Source: Verrucomicrobiota bacterium (GTDB lineage Bacteria; Verrucomicrobiota; Verrucomicrobiia; Limisphaerales; CANJXF01). From it: a stretch of 23,545 nt of DNA. The position numbers and the translations under genes are program-made. The notes below the pieces were generated by a model. That model was not told where the DNA came from and searched no databases. It was given only the letters and a program-made list of their open reading frames with translations. Where the stretch lies: positions 1 to 23,545 of the forward strand of contig JBBQRQ010000080.1 of assembly GCA_038214755.1 (NCBI GenBank), written 5' to 3'. This document shows positions 16,001-23,545 of the stretch, one piece after another (position 1 is the first letter of the stretch; the number at the start of each line of letters is the position of its first letter).

Positions 16001-17145
16001 ACGTGCATCCCTCCCTCCTTGTGTCTCCCTCGAAGACCTAGCACGGCGAACGCAGCAGTTGATAGGAACATACCCCAAAGCACCGCGTGACGTTCGATCT
16101 TGGTTCGTCGTTTATCCTTCCGCATTGCCACGACACCTGTCTTCTCATGATACGCTGCAAGTTTCTCATACGGCATCAGGTTCCATTCGCCATTCGTGAC
16201 AATGTATCGTGGCTGGCGTCCCCAGTACTTTTGCTCGAGCCTACAGTCGGTGACAAGGGCAACACCCGTAAGTCCGGGACGGAAAGAATGCAGGTCGCAT
16301 CGTGGACTTATCCGATAAGCGACCGCTTCATCTTTTGCCGCCAACACGCGACCTCCGGCTTCGGAACGCTGCGCGGAGAAGTTGAAGCGGGTGAGGGTAA
16401 AATCTATCGGAAGCGCCAGCCCGTCCACATTCGTGAATCTCGCAGTATAGACGACATTCGGAAAGGGAGCGTAAAGCACCCGTGCCTCGCTGCCATCTAA
16501 CGGATGAGTCTTGCCATCATCCAAACATGTCACTTCCTCCGGAACATAGGGAGGAGTTTTACTTACTTTCCAACTCGCGGGAACCTTGAATCCTGTATTC
16601 CAAAGTCCCATTTCGTTTAGCATGCAGAGAGGCCTTAATTTGCCGCTTTCCGCCTTCGATAAATGCCTGCCGGATGCATAGGCAAGCCAGATCGGAGTGC
16701 TGCTAAACACCAGTTGCGGCGCCGGCATATCCGACGCTTGTATGCTTCCTTGAATGAAGATGGGAACTGGTTTTCCCTGTGGCGGCTCTTCATACGGGAA
16801 CGTGGCAACTTGGAACGTATTGGTTCCATCAAATCCGAGTTCCTTCTGTAACAATTTCCCATGGTCCTCGCGCGTCTCCCGAATGACCCACTTACTGCCC
16901 GATACCATGATCTTGAACTGTTCTTCGAATCTCGATGCCAATGTGCCGTTGCCAAGGTAGTCAGTGTGCACCAAGCTACCCTCCACGGTATAGTCTTGTG
17001 CCGAGACGTTACTTGTTTCTCGAAAGACCACCAACATCAAGGCAAGCAAGCGTTGGACTTGGCCCAGTGCGTGCGCAGGCTTTCGCAGCAACTCGCGCCA
17101 GCATGCCCCGTGAGCACGTGGTTTACTTTGGCAGTTGTGACTCAT
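15997..17145 (-). CDS. hypothetical exported protein with a C-terminal transmembrane anchor (382 aa)
   Basis: Long ORF co-oriented with and coupled to its neighbours. N-terminal hydrophobic stretch ending VSA-Q, beta-rich body, and C-terminal [18 protein letters not shown] flanked by basic residues. Confidence 0.75.
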   Translation of the reverse strand: MSHNCQSKPRAHGACWRELLRKPAHALGQVQRLLALMLVVFRETSNVSAQDYTVEGSLVHTDYLGNGTLASRFEEQFKIMVSGSKWVIRETREDHGKLLQKELGFDGTNTFQVATFPYEEPPQGKPVPIFIQGSIQASDMPAPQLVFSSTPIWLAYASGRHLSKAESGKLRPLCMLNEMGLWNTGFKVPASWKVSKTPPYVPEEVTCLDDGKTHPLDGSEARVLYAPFPNVVYTARFTNVDGLALPIDFTLTRFNFSAQRSEAGGRVLAAKDEAVAYRISPRCDLHSFRPGLTGVALVTDCRLEQKYWGRQPRYIVTNGEWNLMPYEKLAAYHEKTGVVAMRKDKRRTKIERHAVLWGMFLSTAAFAVLGLRGRHKEGGMHV

Positions 17146-17208
17146 CGCTCTTTACCGGGAAATCGACTAGTGACCCGCCCGCAATCTCCATCCGACTTGA
17201 AAGCCGCA

Positions 17209-17631
17209 TCAACGGCAGATAGCTGGCAGCAACAGCCATGCTAGCGCTCCCTTCATAATCAAGTCGAGGGTCTTAGGATCAATATGCACCCATGCGCTCG
17301 CATTTCCGAGACACGGGCAAGGACGCGGCACGTCAAGCAACCAGAGACCGCAGCGGTAGAGTAGGAAGTTGGTGCTTACGGCTGCTATCAGTAGCAGCTT
17401 ACCCCGAAGACTGCTGATAATCGCAAGCGCAACGACAACGCAGATCTCCAATGCGCCTACGGCGACGAGCAGGTGCTGGTTGTTTATGCCGAAGATTGCG
17501 TCGGACTCCGACAGTATGCGGGCCGAGCCACTGGCACTAATCAGCTTGGACAGACCGGACACCGCCAAAATAAGGCATGATACGCACACACAGAACTTCG
17601 CACGTTTGTTGAATGAGACATGCTCGAACAT
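17209..17631 (-). CDS. MauE/DoxX-family membrane protein
   Basis: Four hydrophobic helices, SGLSK in TM1, conserved Glu in GALEI, and a PCPCLG (CxCxG) loop typical of MauE. Confidence 0.8.
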   Translation of the reverse strand: MFEHVSFNKRAKFCVCVSCLILAVSGLSKLISASGSARILSESDAIFGINNQHLLVAVGALEICVVVALAIISSLRGKLLLIAAVSTNFLLYRCGLWLLDVPRPCPCLGNASAWVHIDPKTLDLIMKGALAWLLLPAICR

Positions 17632-17694
17632 GGAGACTCCACATTTTCCGTAAGTAGGCCTCTTTGGTTAAGCGGTGCGGTTCAATGTTCCGTT

Positions 17695-18117
17695 TTAATT
17701 TGGGCGACTCGGAGCACAGGGACCGTCCTCGCGAGTAACGACGTCATGGATGAGTAGCGGTCCTGCATATGTGTACTGCCGAACGCAAGGAGGGCACGGA
17801 CCGCCTGCGGAAACGTATGTATACGTGCTAACATTGTACGTAATATCGCGACAGTCGGTGCCGTTCTGCCCCTGATTCTGAGTGCCGCAGTGTTTGTTAA
17901 TCAAAGTGCAACTCAGATTGCCAACTCCTGAGTAGTCGTAAACAGTTCCGCTACAGACCCCACAGGCGTCGTTGCAAGTGTTAGATGACTGAGCAACAAC
18001 GTCGGAACAAAAAAGCCAATTCTCTGCCGATGCCGTCAAAATGCCGAGAACCAAAGTGATTGCGAAAAGCCGGACAAGTCTCGTCCGGACCGGAGCGGGA
18101 GAAGTAAAATATTTCAT
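17695..18117 (-). CDS. small secreted cysteine-rich protein (140 aa, 10 Cys in the mature part)
   Basis: Sec-type signal peptide ending ASA|E at residue 31. Cys pattern includes CxxxCxxC and CPPC. First gene of the minus-strand cluster. Confidence 0.8.
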   Translation of the reverse strand: MKYFTSPAPVRTRLVRLFAITLVLGILTASAENWLFCSDVVAQSSNTCNDACGVCSGTVYDYSGVGNLSCTLINKHCGTQNQGQNGTDCRDITYNVSTYTYVSAGGPCPPCVRQYTYAGPLLIHDVVTREDGPCAPSRPN

Positions 18118-18160
18118 AAGTTTTGATGGAGTTGTCGTGTCATTAGCTTACGCTGCGCCA

Positions 18161-18188
18161 AATATGAGCCAAAAAAACGGAGTGTCAA
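18161..18188 (-). promoter_or_regulatory. sigma70-like promoter for the Cys-rich/MauE/pilin cluster
   Basis: Minus strand TTGACA-N16-CATATT, about 45 bp upstream of ATG 18117. Confidence 0.5.
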
Positions 18189-18487
18189 TAACTAATCTTT
18201 TCCTTTTAAGGCACTTTTCGAAAGCCCCTCACTAACGAGACATATCCGTTCGCGACATTTCAAAGTGAAGCCGTTATCAGGACGACATTCCTAGTAAATC
18301 ACGCCGCGATGAGAGTTTCCGGATCGGTGATTTGTATTGCACACCGGCGGCTTGGGCGGCTTCTCCTCCCGCAGCTTTGTGAAGGCCACAGACGGCAACC
18401 AATAGCATGGCAAATGGCCGCGCCATTCGAAAAAGACTGCTAATATTCTTTGCTAGCATCCCGCTTCAGGGTTAAATCGTCGCGCCC

Positions 18488-19864
18488 GTGCAACGACTGC
18501 ATTTAATTTCTATTGCCGCGCTAAGTTCTTTTTTTGAAATAAACCTTCCCGCCGCACAAGCTGCCTTATCGGCGAAACCAAATATTATTCTACTGCTCAC
18601 TGACGACATGGGTTATGGCGACGTCGGTTGTTACGGCGGAAAATTCGTGCCGACACCGAACATCGACCGGCTCGCCAAAGAAGGAACTCGCTTCACGCAA
18701 TATTACGCTGCCTCGCCGGTTTGTTCTCCGTCGCGCACGGGAATCCTCACGGGCATGTATCCCGCCCGCTGGCGCATCACGAGCTACCTGCAAACGCGCG
18801 CGGGCAATCGCGCTTGCGAGCAAGTTGATTTTCTCGACCCGAAAGCGCCTTCCATTGCGCGCACTTTGAAAGAGGCCGGTTATGTCACGGGACATTTTGG
18901 AAAATGGCATCTGGGCGGCGGACGCGATGTGACGAATGCGCCGCCGTTTTCCGCGTATGGTTTCGACGAACACGCCAGCACCTGGGAAAGCCCGCAGCCT
19001 GACCCGAATCTCACCGCGACGAATTGGATTTGGTCGGCGCAGGACAAAGTGAAGCGATGGGATCGCACCGGTTATTTTGTGGACAAAACTTTGGACTTCA
19101 TGCGCCGTCACAAAGGCGAGCCGTGCTACGTGAATCTTTGGCCGGATGATGTGCATACTCCGTGGGTTCCGTCGGGCGCTCCACTCAAACGCGGGACCGG
19201 CGATGCGGACACGGAACCAAAATTCAAAGCGGTGCTGGAAGAATATGATCGGCAAGTCGGACGTTTGCTCGACGGCTTGAAAAAAATGGGTTGCGATGAA
19301 AATACCATTCTCATTTTCACGAGTGACAACGGGCCGCTCCCTGCTTTCGGTGGCGAACGGACAGGCGGTTTGCGCGGCAGCAAAATCAGTCTTTACGAAG
19401 GCGGAACGCGCATGCCGTTCATCGTGCGCTGGCCCGCGCACACTCCAGCGGGACGGGTCGATGAAAAAACCATCATCAGTGCCATCGATTTGTTTCCGTC
19501 TTTTTGCGTGGTGGCGAAAGTTCCGCTGTCGAAAAACGAAAAGTTTGATGGCGAAGATTTGAGTAAAATATTTTTTGGAAAAGTAGCGGCGAGGAAGAAG
19601 CCGCTGTTTTGGGAATATGGCCGCAACAATATTTCTTTCGGTTATCCGAAAGGCAGAGATCGCAGCCCGAACGTTTCCATGCGCGACGGCAGATGGAAAT
19701 TTTTGATCAATGCCGATGGCACGGGTGCCGAGCTTTACGATTTGGTAAGCGACCGAAATGAAACCACGAATGTCGCGGCAAAGAATTCTGCCGTGACAAT
19801 GCGCCTGGAAAAACAAACTCTGGCGTGGCGAAAATCCCTTCCATCAAATCCAGAACTCAATTAA
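18488..19864 (+). CDS. exported Cys-type (formylglycine-dependent, S1) sulfatase
   Basis: PNIILLLTDDMG, CSPSRTGILTG, GKWHLG, FTSDNG and LYEGG.R.P, plus an N-terminal signal peptide. Confidence 0.95.
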   Translation: MQRLHLISIAALSSFFEINLPAAQAALSAKPNIILLLTDDMGYGDVGCYGGKFVPTPNIDRLAKEGTRFTQYYAASPVCSPSRTGILTGMYPARWRITSYLQTRAGNRACEQVDFLDPKAPSIARTLKEAGYVTGHFGKWHLGGGRDVTNAPPFSAYGFDEHASTWESPQPDPNLTATNWIWSAQDKVKRWDRTGYFVDKTLDFMRRHKGEPCYVNLWPDDVHTPWVPSGAPLKRGTGDADTEPKFKAVLEEYDRQVGRLLDGLKKMGCDENTILIFTSDNGPLPAFGGERTGGLRGSKISLYEGGTRMPFIVRWPAHTPAGRVDEKTIISAIDLFPSFCVVAKVPLSKNEKFDGEDLSKIFFGKVAARKKPLFWEYGRNNISFGYPKGRDRSPNVSMRDGRWKFLINADGTGAELYDLVSDRNETTNVAAKNSAVTMRLEKQTLAWRKSLPSNPELN

Positions 19865-20156
19865 CCACAGTGCGGCGAAACTGCCCCCACATCGGAGCGT
19901 GACCAGCTTACCCGCGGCGCAATAACTCAAAGCTGAAACTGAATCCAACAGAAGAAAACAAAGAGAACAAAGAAAAGGATTTCAGACGATTCCGATGCCA
20001 TCGATTTTGTGCATCATAAGTTTATTCCAAGTTGCTTTCAAGATGAGACTAATCCTGGAGACTCTCACCCCGCCTCGCGTGGAGAGACTGCCAGTTTGGA
20101 ATTTTTTTGCTGACACTTCCGAGCGCGCCCGCCCACGCTACGGAGGCGGGGACTGG

Positions 20157-20178
20157 TGCACACTTTGCAAAGTGTGCA
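20157..20178. promoter_or_regulatory. perfect 22-bp palindrome, copy 1 (operator-like)
   Basis: TGCACACTTTGCAAAGTGTGCA, identical to 20351-20372. Function is inferred. Confidence 0.6.
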
Positions 20179-20337
20179 TCGGTGTCCGTCGCTCCTGCGA
20201 GAATGTCCCAACTCCATGGTCGCGGAGTAACCATTGAGGATAGCCCTGAACTTCAGTCGCATGGCGCACCGTTACCTCCGGCTTTCAGTCTGCGGACCAG
20301 CCGCCCATCCGAAACCAGGCAGGAATGACTGGGGGGC

Positions 20338-20373
20338 TTGACGGAAAAAGTGCACACTTTGCAAAGTGTGCAC
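20338..20373 (+). promoter_or_regulatory. -35 box plus a perfect 24-bp palindrome (probable operator) directly before an ArsR-like start codon
   Basis: TTGACG at 20338-20343, GTGCACACTTTGCAAAGTGTGCAC at 20350-20373, and ATG at 20375. Confidence 0.65.
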
Positions 20374-20374
20374 C

Positions 20375-20479
20375 ATGATGACTTACTCTCCCCTTGCGCC
20401 TACGCTCTGGCGCACCTGCCGTGTGCTGGCCAATCGGACGCGCCGGCGGATGCTTCGCCTGCTCTACCAAGACCGCCCT
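20375..20479 (+). pseudogene. N-terminal fragment of an ArsR-type winged-helix regulator
   Basis: MMTYSPLAPTLWRTCRVLANRTRRRMLRLLYQDRP resembles ArsR helices 1-2 (f+aLad.tRl.il.lL). Similarity ends before the HTH, and the frame then runs out of phase into the sulfatase gene. Confidence 0.6.
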
Positions 20480-20543
20480 GACCACGGGAAAAATTTTGTC
20501 GAAAACGCAGGGTCTTTCGGCATAATCCACCAGTTAAATAAAT

Positions 20544-21905
20544 ATGAATCTCCAAAAACTTTTCCCATTCTTCTCGCTGCTCTTGTTCTGTCTTGCCGCC
20601 CGCGCCGTCGAGAAACCGGACATCGTTTTTATTCTGGCCGACGATTTGGGTTCCTACGACGTGGGTTGGCGCGGCAGCGAAATCAAAACGCCCAACCTCG
20701 ACAAGCTCGCGATGGCTGGCGCGCGCTTGGAAAATTTTTACGTGCAACCCGTTTGTTCTCCGACGCGCGCATCGCTGATGACCGGGCGTTATCCGATGCG
20801 TTACGGATTGCAAGTCGGCGTCATTCGTCCGTGGGCCAAATATGGTTTGCCGCTCGAAGAACGCACCTTGCCCCAAGCCTTGCGCGAAGTTGGTTACACG
20901 ACGGCGATCTGTGGCAAATGGCATCTCGGCAGTTTCGATAAAGCGTATTGGCCGAACGCGCGCGGATTCGATCATTGGTATGGGCATCTTTTTGGCGCGC
21001 TTGATTATTTCACTCACGATCGTGACGGAAAGTTGGACTGGTATCGCGATGGCGAACCGAATCATGACGAAGGCTACACGACGTTTCTCGTTGGGAATGA
21101 AGCGGCCAAAATCATTCGCGCGCAGCGAAAAAATAAACCGCTTTTTCTCTACGTTCCATTCAACGCCGTTCACGGTCCGCTGCAAGTTCCCGAAAAATAC
21201 AAGGAGCCATATTCGCACTTCAAAGGCCAACGCCAGACCTACGCCGGAATGGTCGCCGCCCTCGACGAAATGGTTGGAAAAATTGTCGCTGCGGTTGATG
21301 AAACCGGCCGTCGCAAAAATACCTTGTTCATTTTTTCCAGTGACAACGGCGGACCCAAACCCGGCGTGGTCACGAGCAACGGGCCGTTGCGCGCGGGCAA
21401 GGGAACGCTCTATGAAGGCGGCGTTCACACTTGCGCTTTTGCGACATGGGAAAACCACATCAAGCCCGGCAAGATCGATGCGCTCTCGCACATGGTGGAT
21501 TGGTATCCGACCCTGTTGAAATTGGCCGGCGCGCCACTCGAACAAAAGCTGCCATTGGATGGCAAAGATATTTGGCCCTGTCTTACGAAAAACGGACCGT
21601 CGCCGCACGAAGCGATTTTGTTGAATGCCGCGCCCAACACCGGAGCCATTCGCGTTGGAAATTGGAAACTCATCTTAAACGGCAACGCCCGTGAGTCTGA
21701 TGAAGAAAAATCAACAGAGAAAACCAAGGGCAAGAAAAAGAAAAAAGAAATGGAAGAAGCGAATCTCGAATTGTTCGACCTCGCTAATGATCCGTCGGAA
21801 AAGAAAAATCTCGCCACCGAGCGGCCTGAAAAAGCGAAGGAACTTCGGGCGCGTTATGAATCGTTGGCGAGGCACGCTTTGGTCCCGAAGAACGAACTGG
21901 AATGA
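20544..21905 (+). CDS. exported Cys-type arylsulfatase (arylsulfatase B-like)
   Basis: PDIVFILADDLG, CSPTRASLMTG, GKWHLG, AVHGPLQ, FSSDNGG and KGTLYEGG, plus a signal peptide. Confidence 0.95.
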   Translation: MNLQKLFPFFSLLLFCLAARAVEKPDIVFILADDLGSYDVGWRGSEIKTPNLDKLAMAGARLENFYVQPVCSPTRASLMTGRYPMRYGLQVGVIRPWAKYGLPLEERTLPQALREVGYTTAICGKWHLGSFDKAYWPNARGFDHWYGHLFGALDYFTHDRDGKLDWYRDGEPNHDEGYTTFLVGNEAAKIIRAQRKNKPLFLYVPFNAVHGPLQVPEKYKEPYSHFKGQRQTYAGMVAALDEMVGKIVAAVDETGRRKNTLFIFSSDNGGPKPGVVTSNGPLRAGKGTLYEGGVHTCAFATWENHIKPGKIDALSHMVDWYPTLLKLAGAPLEQKLPLDGKDIWPCLTKNGPSPHEAILLNAAPNTGAIRVGNWKLILNGNARESDEEKSTEKTKGKKKKKEMEEANLELFDLANDPSEKKNLATERPEKAKELRARYESLARHALVPKNELE

Positions 21906-22015
21906 GATGTTTCGATCCGCTTCACGGTCAGGAATACCTGCGCCCTTCGTGAGCAACAAATTCTTTTCGGCAATTCCCGGCTATGCCAAACTCACGGCGC
22001 TAAATTTTTTCTCTC

Positions 22016-22552
22016 ATGAAAAATATTGTTTATTTCGATCTCGAAACGCAGAAGTCCGCCGACGACGTGGGGGGTTGGCACAAAATTCGCGAGATGCGCA
22101 TGAGCATCGGCGTGACTTACAGCACGGCGCGCGGCACTTACAAAATTTACGCAGAACCGCACGTCAATGATTTGATTGAAGAATTGCGCCGCGCCGATTT
22201 GGTCGTCGGTTTTAACAACCAACGGTTCGACTACGAGGTTCTTCTGGGGCACAACGATTTTTTTGATCACTCGCAAATTCCAACACTCGATATGCTGGTG
22301 GAATTGCAAAATATTTTGCAGCATCGCCTTTCACTCGACTCGATTGCGCACGCGACTTTTGGCGTGGAAAAAACCAGCGAGGGGATGCAGGCCATCCGCT
22401 GGTTTCAGGAAGGCAAGCTCCACGAAATCGCCGAGTATTGTTGTTATGACGTGAAGATTACCCGGCTGGTTCACGAATACGGCTGCCAACAAAAACAACT
22501 TCACTACACCAACCGATTTGGAAAAAAAATGACGGTGCCGGTTTGTTGGTGA
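22016..22552 (+). CDS. RNase H-like (DEDD, YprB/RNase_H_2-type) 3'-5' exonuclease domain protein
   Basis: Exo I YFDLET, Exo II VGFNNQRFD and Exo III YCCYDV. Confidence 0.88.
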   Translation: MKNIVYFDLETQKSADDVGGWHKIREMRMSIGVTYSTARGTYKIYAEPHVNDLIEELRRADLVVGFNNQRFDYEVLLGHNDFFDHSQIPTLDMLVELQNILQHRLSLDSIAHATFGVEKTSEGMQAIRWFQEGKLHEIAEYCCYDVKITRLVHEYGCQQKQLHYTNRFGKKMTVPVCW

Positions 22553-22652
22553 TCGGATTTTTTAGTCGGAAAGATTCATCGGCTTGCGCCCAAAAATGAC
22601 TTGTTCATTCGCCCCATCGCGGGCGTTCTGGACACGCTTCAGCGGGAAAAAG

Positions 22653-22681
22653 TTGACCCGCATTACAAACAAATTTAAAAT
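22653..22681 (+). promoter_or_regulatory. sigma70-like promoter, probably leaderless
   Basis: TTGACC-N17-TAAAAT. The -10 box ends 6 nt before ATG 22688. Confidence 0.65.
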
Positions 22682-22687
22682 CACGCC

Positions 22688-22915
22688 ATGCTGAATTTGA
22701 ATCCTCTCCGTGACCGGCTCTTCGGCCCGTTCTCGCCTTTCGTGATTCATCTTTCGGATGGGCGCAAATTTTCAGTGCCGCACCGCGATTTCATTGCCGT
22801 GGGCAAAGGAGTCGTTTCCATTGTGGACGAACGCGATTCCACGCATACGGTGGACCCATTGCACATCGTGAGCATTTCTGACCCGCCGCCCATGCGCGCT
22901 AAATCTGCGAAGTAG
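22688..22915 (+). CDS. small conserved-type hypothetical protein (75 aa, PF.PF.I.LSDGR...V.H motif)
   Basis: PFSPFVIHLSDGRKFSVPHRDFI, a small beta-rich type I recall from PVC genomes. It has its own promoter. Confidence 0.75.
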   Translation: MLNLNPLRDRLFGPFSPFVIHLSDGRKFSVPHRDFIAVGKGVVSIVDERDSTHTVDPLHIVSISDPPPMRAKSAK

Positions 22916-23177
22916 GATTTTTCCCAACGCAGCTGCTCTTCCAAACTTCCTTGCGCGCGGCGAGATTTTCCTGCGCCTGTTCTGGCGTGTGGAGATGACC
23001 GGACCTGGCTTGTTGCCAACCGAGATCAATTTTTTGCCGCGCTTCAGCGTTCCACGATTCCTTTTGTTGAAGCAATCGCAATCCTTCGCAAACCACCTCG
23101 TCCACAGAGTGGAAATCGCCTGCGGCCACCTTGCGGCGAATAAATTCTTCCAGCGGTGTTGGCAGGCATACGGTCAT
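22899..23177 (-). CDS. parD: ParD-like (CC2985-type) ribbon-helix-helix antitoxin, 92 aa
   Basis: MTVCLPTPLEEFIRRKVAAGDFHSVDEVVCEGLRLLQ...IDLGWQQARSG fits the ParD/CC2985 pattern. Start reassigned to ATG 23177. Confidence 0.82.
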   Translation of the reverse strand: MTVCLPTPLEEFIRRKVAAGDFHSVDEVVCEGLRLLQQKESWNAEARQKIDLGWQQARSGHLHTPEQAQENLAARKEVWKSSCVGKNPTSQI

Positions 23178-23183
23178 GGCGCA

Positions 23184-23212
23184 ATTGTCAGTTTCGCGGC
23201 GGCGGTTGTCAA
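23184..23212 (-). promoter_or_regulatory. sigma70-like promoter of the parD-like gene, probably leaderless
   Basis: Minus strand TTGACA-N17-GACAAT, ending 6 nt before ATG 23177. Confidence 0.7.
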
Positions 23213-23253
23213 ACGGGATGCGTCCCTGCTCCGCCCGATTGCCGCGAGAGGTT

Positions 23254-23499
23254 CTACGGGATCTCGCACCCGTCGGGCGCTTGACCGGGAAGCAGAAACG
23301 TCTTGACGAACTCGCCTTCGCCGCACACGACAAAGCCGGGAAATTTCCTGAACCACTTGCTTTCAGGAACGTCCGGCCCGGTATCGAGCCAGCGCGCCAG
23401 CAGAAGGATTTGTTCGTGCGAGATGTTGCGCTGGCGCATTCGCGTCAGAAGATGAACGAGCAGTGATTGAGGCAGTTTGTGGCGGCGGATTTTAGGCAT
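23254..23499 (-). CDS. small basic hypothetical protein (81 aa), candidate RNase-type toxin
   Basis: Start overlaps the upstream stop (ATGCCTAA). HLLTRMRQRNIS and the C-terminal VKT resemble the DUF4258-like H...RM..R.I ... V.T pattern (inference). Confidence 0.7.
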   Translation of the reverse strand: MPKIRRHKLPQSLLVHLLTRMRQRNISHEQILLLARWLDTGPDVPESKWFRKFPGFVVCGEGEFVKTFLLPGQAPDGCEIP

Positions 23500-23545
23500 G
23501 AGACTGGTCGCCGTAGAAACCGCGCACGATCTCTTCTTGCAGCCG
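23492..23545 (-). CDS. C-terminal end of a small upstream partner gene (candidate antitoxin), cut by the window edge
   Basis: Minus strand reads RLQEEIVRGFYGDQSHA* and overlaps the 81-aa gene start by 8 bp, as in TA operons. Confidence 0.55.
   Translation of the reverse strand, partial: RLQEEIVRGFYGDQSHA

Noticed and set aside
17209..18117. Methylamine dehydrogenase (mau) operon
   Set aside because: Only a MauE-like gene is present. The Cys-rich protein has a Sec-type signal and a single Trp, so it cannot form TTQ.
15125..18230. IS-end-like motifs at both borders of the Cys-rich cluster (TTTTTCGCACAGACTC and CTTTTCGAAAGCCCCTC)
   Set aside because: They lie in the same orientation, differ from each other and have no transposase nearby. 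Too weak to call.
18277..18459. 60-aa minus-strand ORF with a signal-peptide-like stretch
   Set aside because: No recognisable domain or RBS. It could be a gene relic but cannot be supported.
14737..20123. Possible long-range terminal inverted repeats (GGAGCGTGCCAGCGGAAAAAAT vs reverse complement GGAAGTGTCAGCAAAAAAAT)
   Set aside because: The alignment needs two gaps plus mismatches and relies on an A-run. No target duplication was found.
20154..20375. Two identical palindromes as a possible CRISPR array
   Set aside because: There are only two copies, about 170 bp apart, which is far longer than a spacer. No cas genes are in the window.
18590..21608. Long antisense ORFs (408 aa and 402 aa) opposite the sulfatases, and similar ORFs opposite the kinase and oxidoreductase
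   Set aside because: These are shadow ORFs expected from codon bias. They have no motifs and overlap well-supported genes.

Overview
Bacterial DNA. Most of it resembles Verrucomicrobiota/PVC (inferred from the H-X9-DG prepilin-like gene, Cys-type sulfatases, a Tat-exported Gfo/Idh/MocA enzyme and the repeat types). The window opens with the 3' end of an IS630 transposase, a response regulator and a PAS-PAS hybrid histidine kinase. The backbone genes are a dienelactone hydrolase, a GH3 NagZ-like glycosidase, a large glycogen-debranching enzyme, a PQQ-type beta-propeller, an oxidoreductase, two sulfatases and an RNase H-like exonuclease. Five things stand out. (1) Two different genes (ubiD-family and debranching enzyme) have about 110-120 bp duplicated 3' tails. 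One pair brackets an uncharacterised two-gene cassette, and a relic of that cassette's promoter follows the second tail. (2) A four-gene minus-strand cluster encodes a 10-Cys secreted protein, MauE/DoxX, a membrane-anchored protein and a pseudopilin-like protein. (3) REP-like palindromes are dense and diverse: some are nested in about 200 bp MITEs with target duplications, and several sit in frame inside proteins. (4) A 22-24 bp perfect palindrome occurs twice before a truncated ArsR-like gene. (5) Small toxin-antitoxin-like genes cluster at the right end, two with apparently leaderless promoters. No rRNA, tRNA or CRISPR array was seen. All family calls come from motif recognition by eye, not from database searches.
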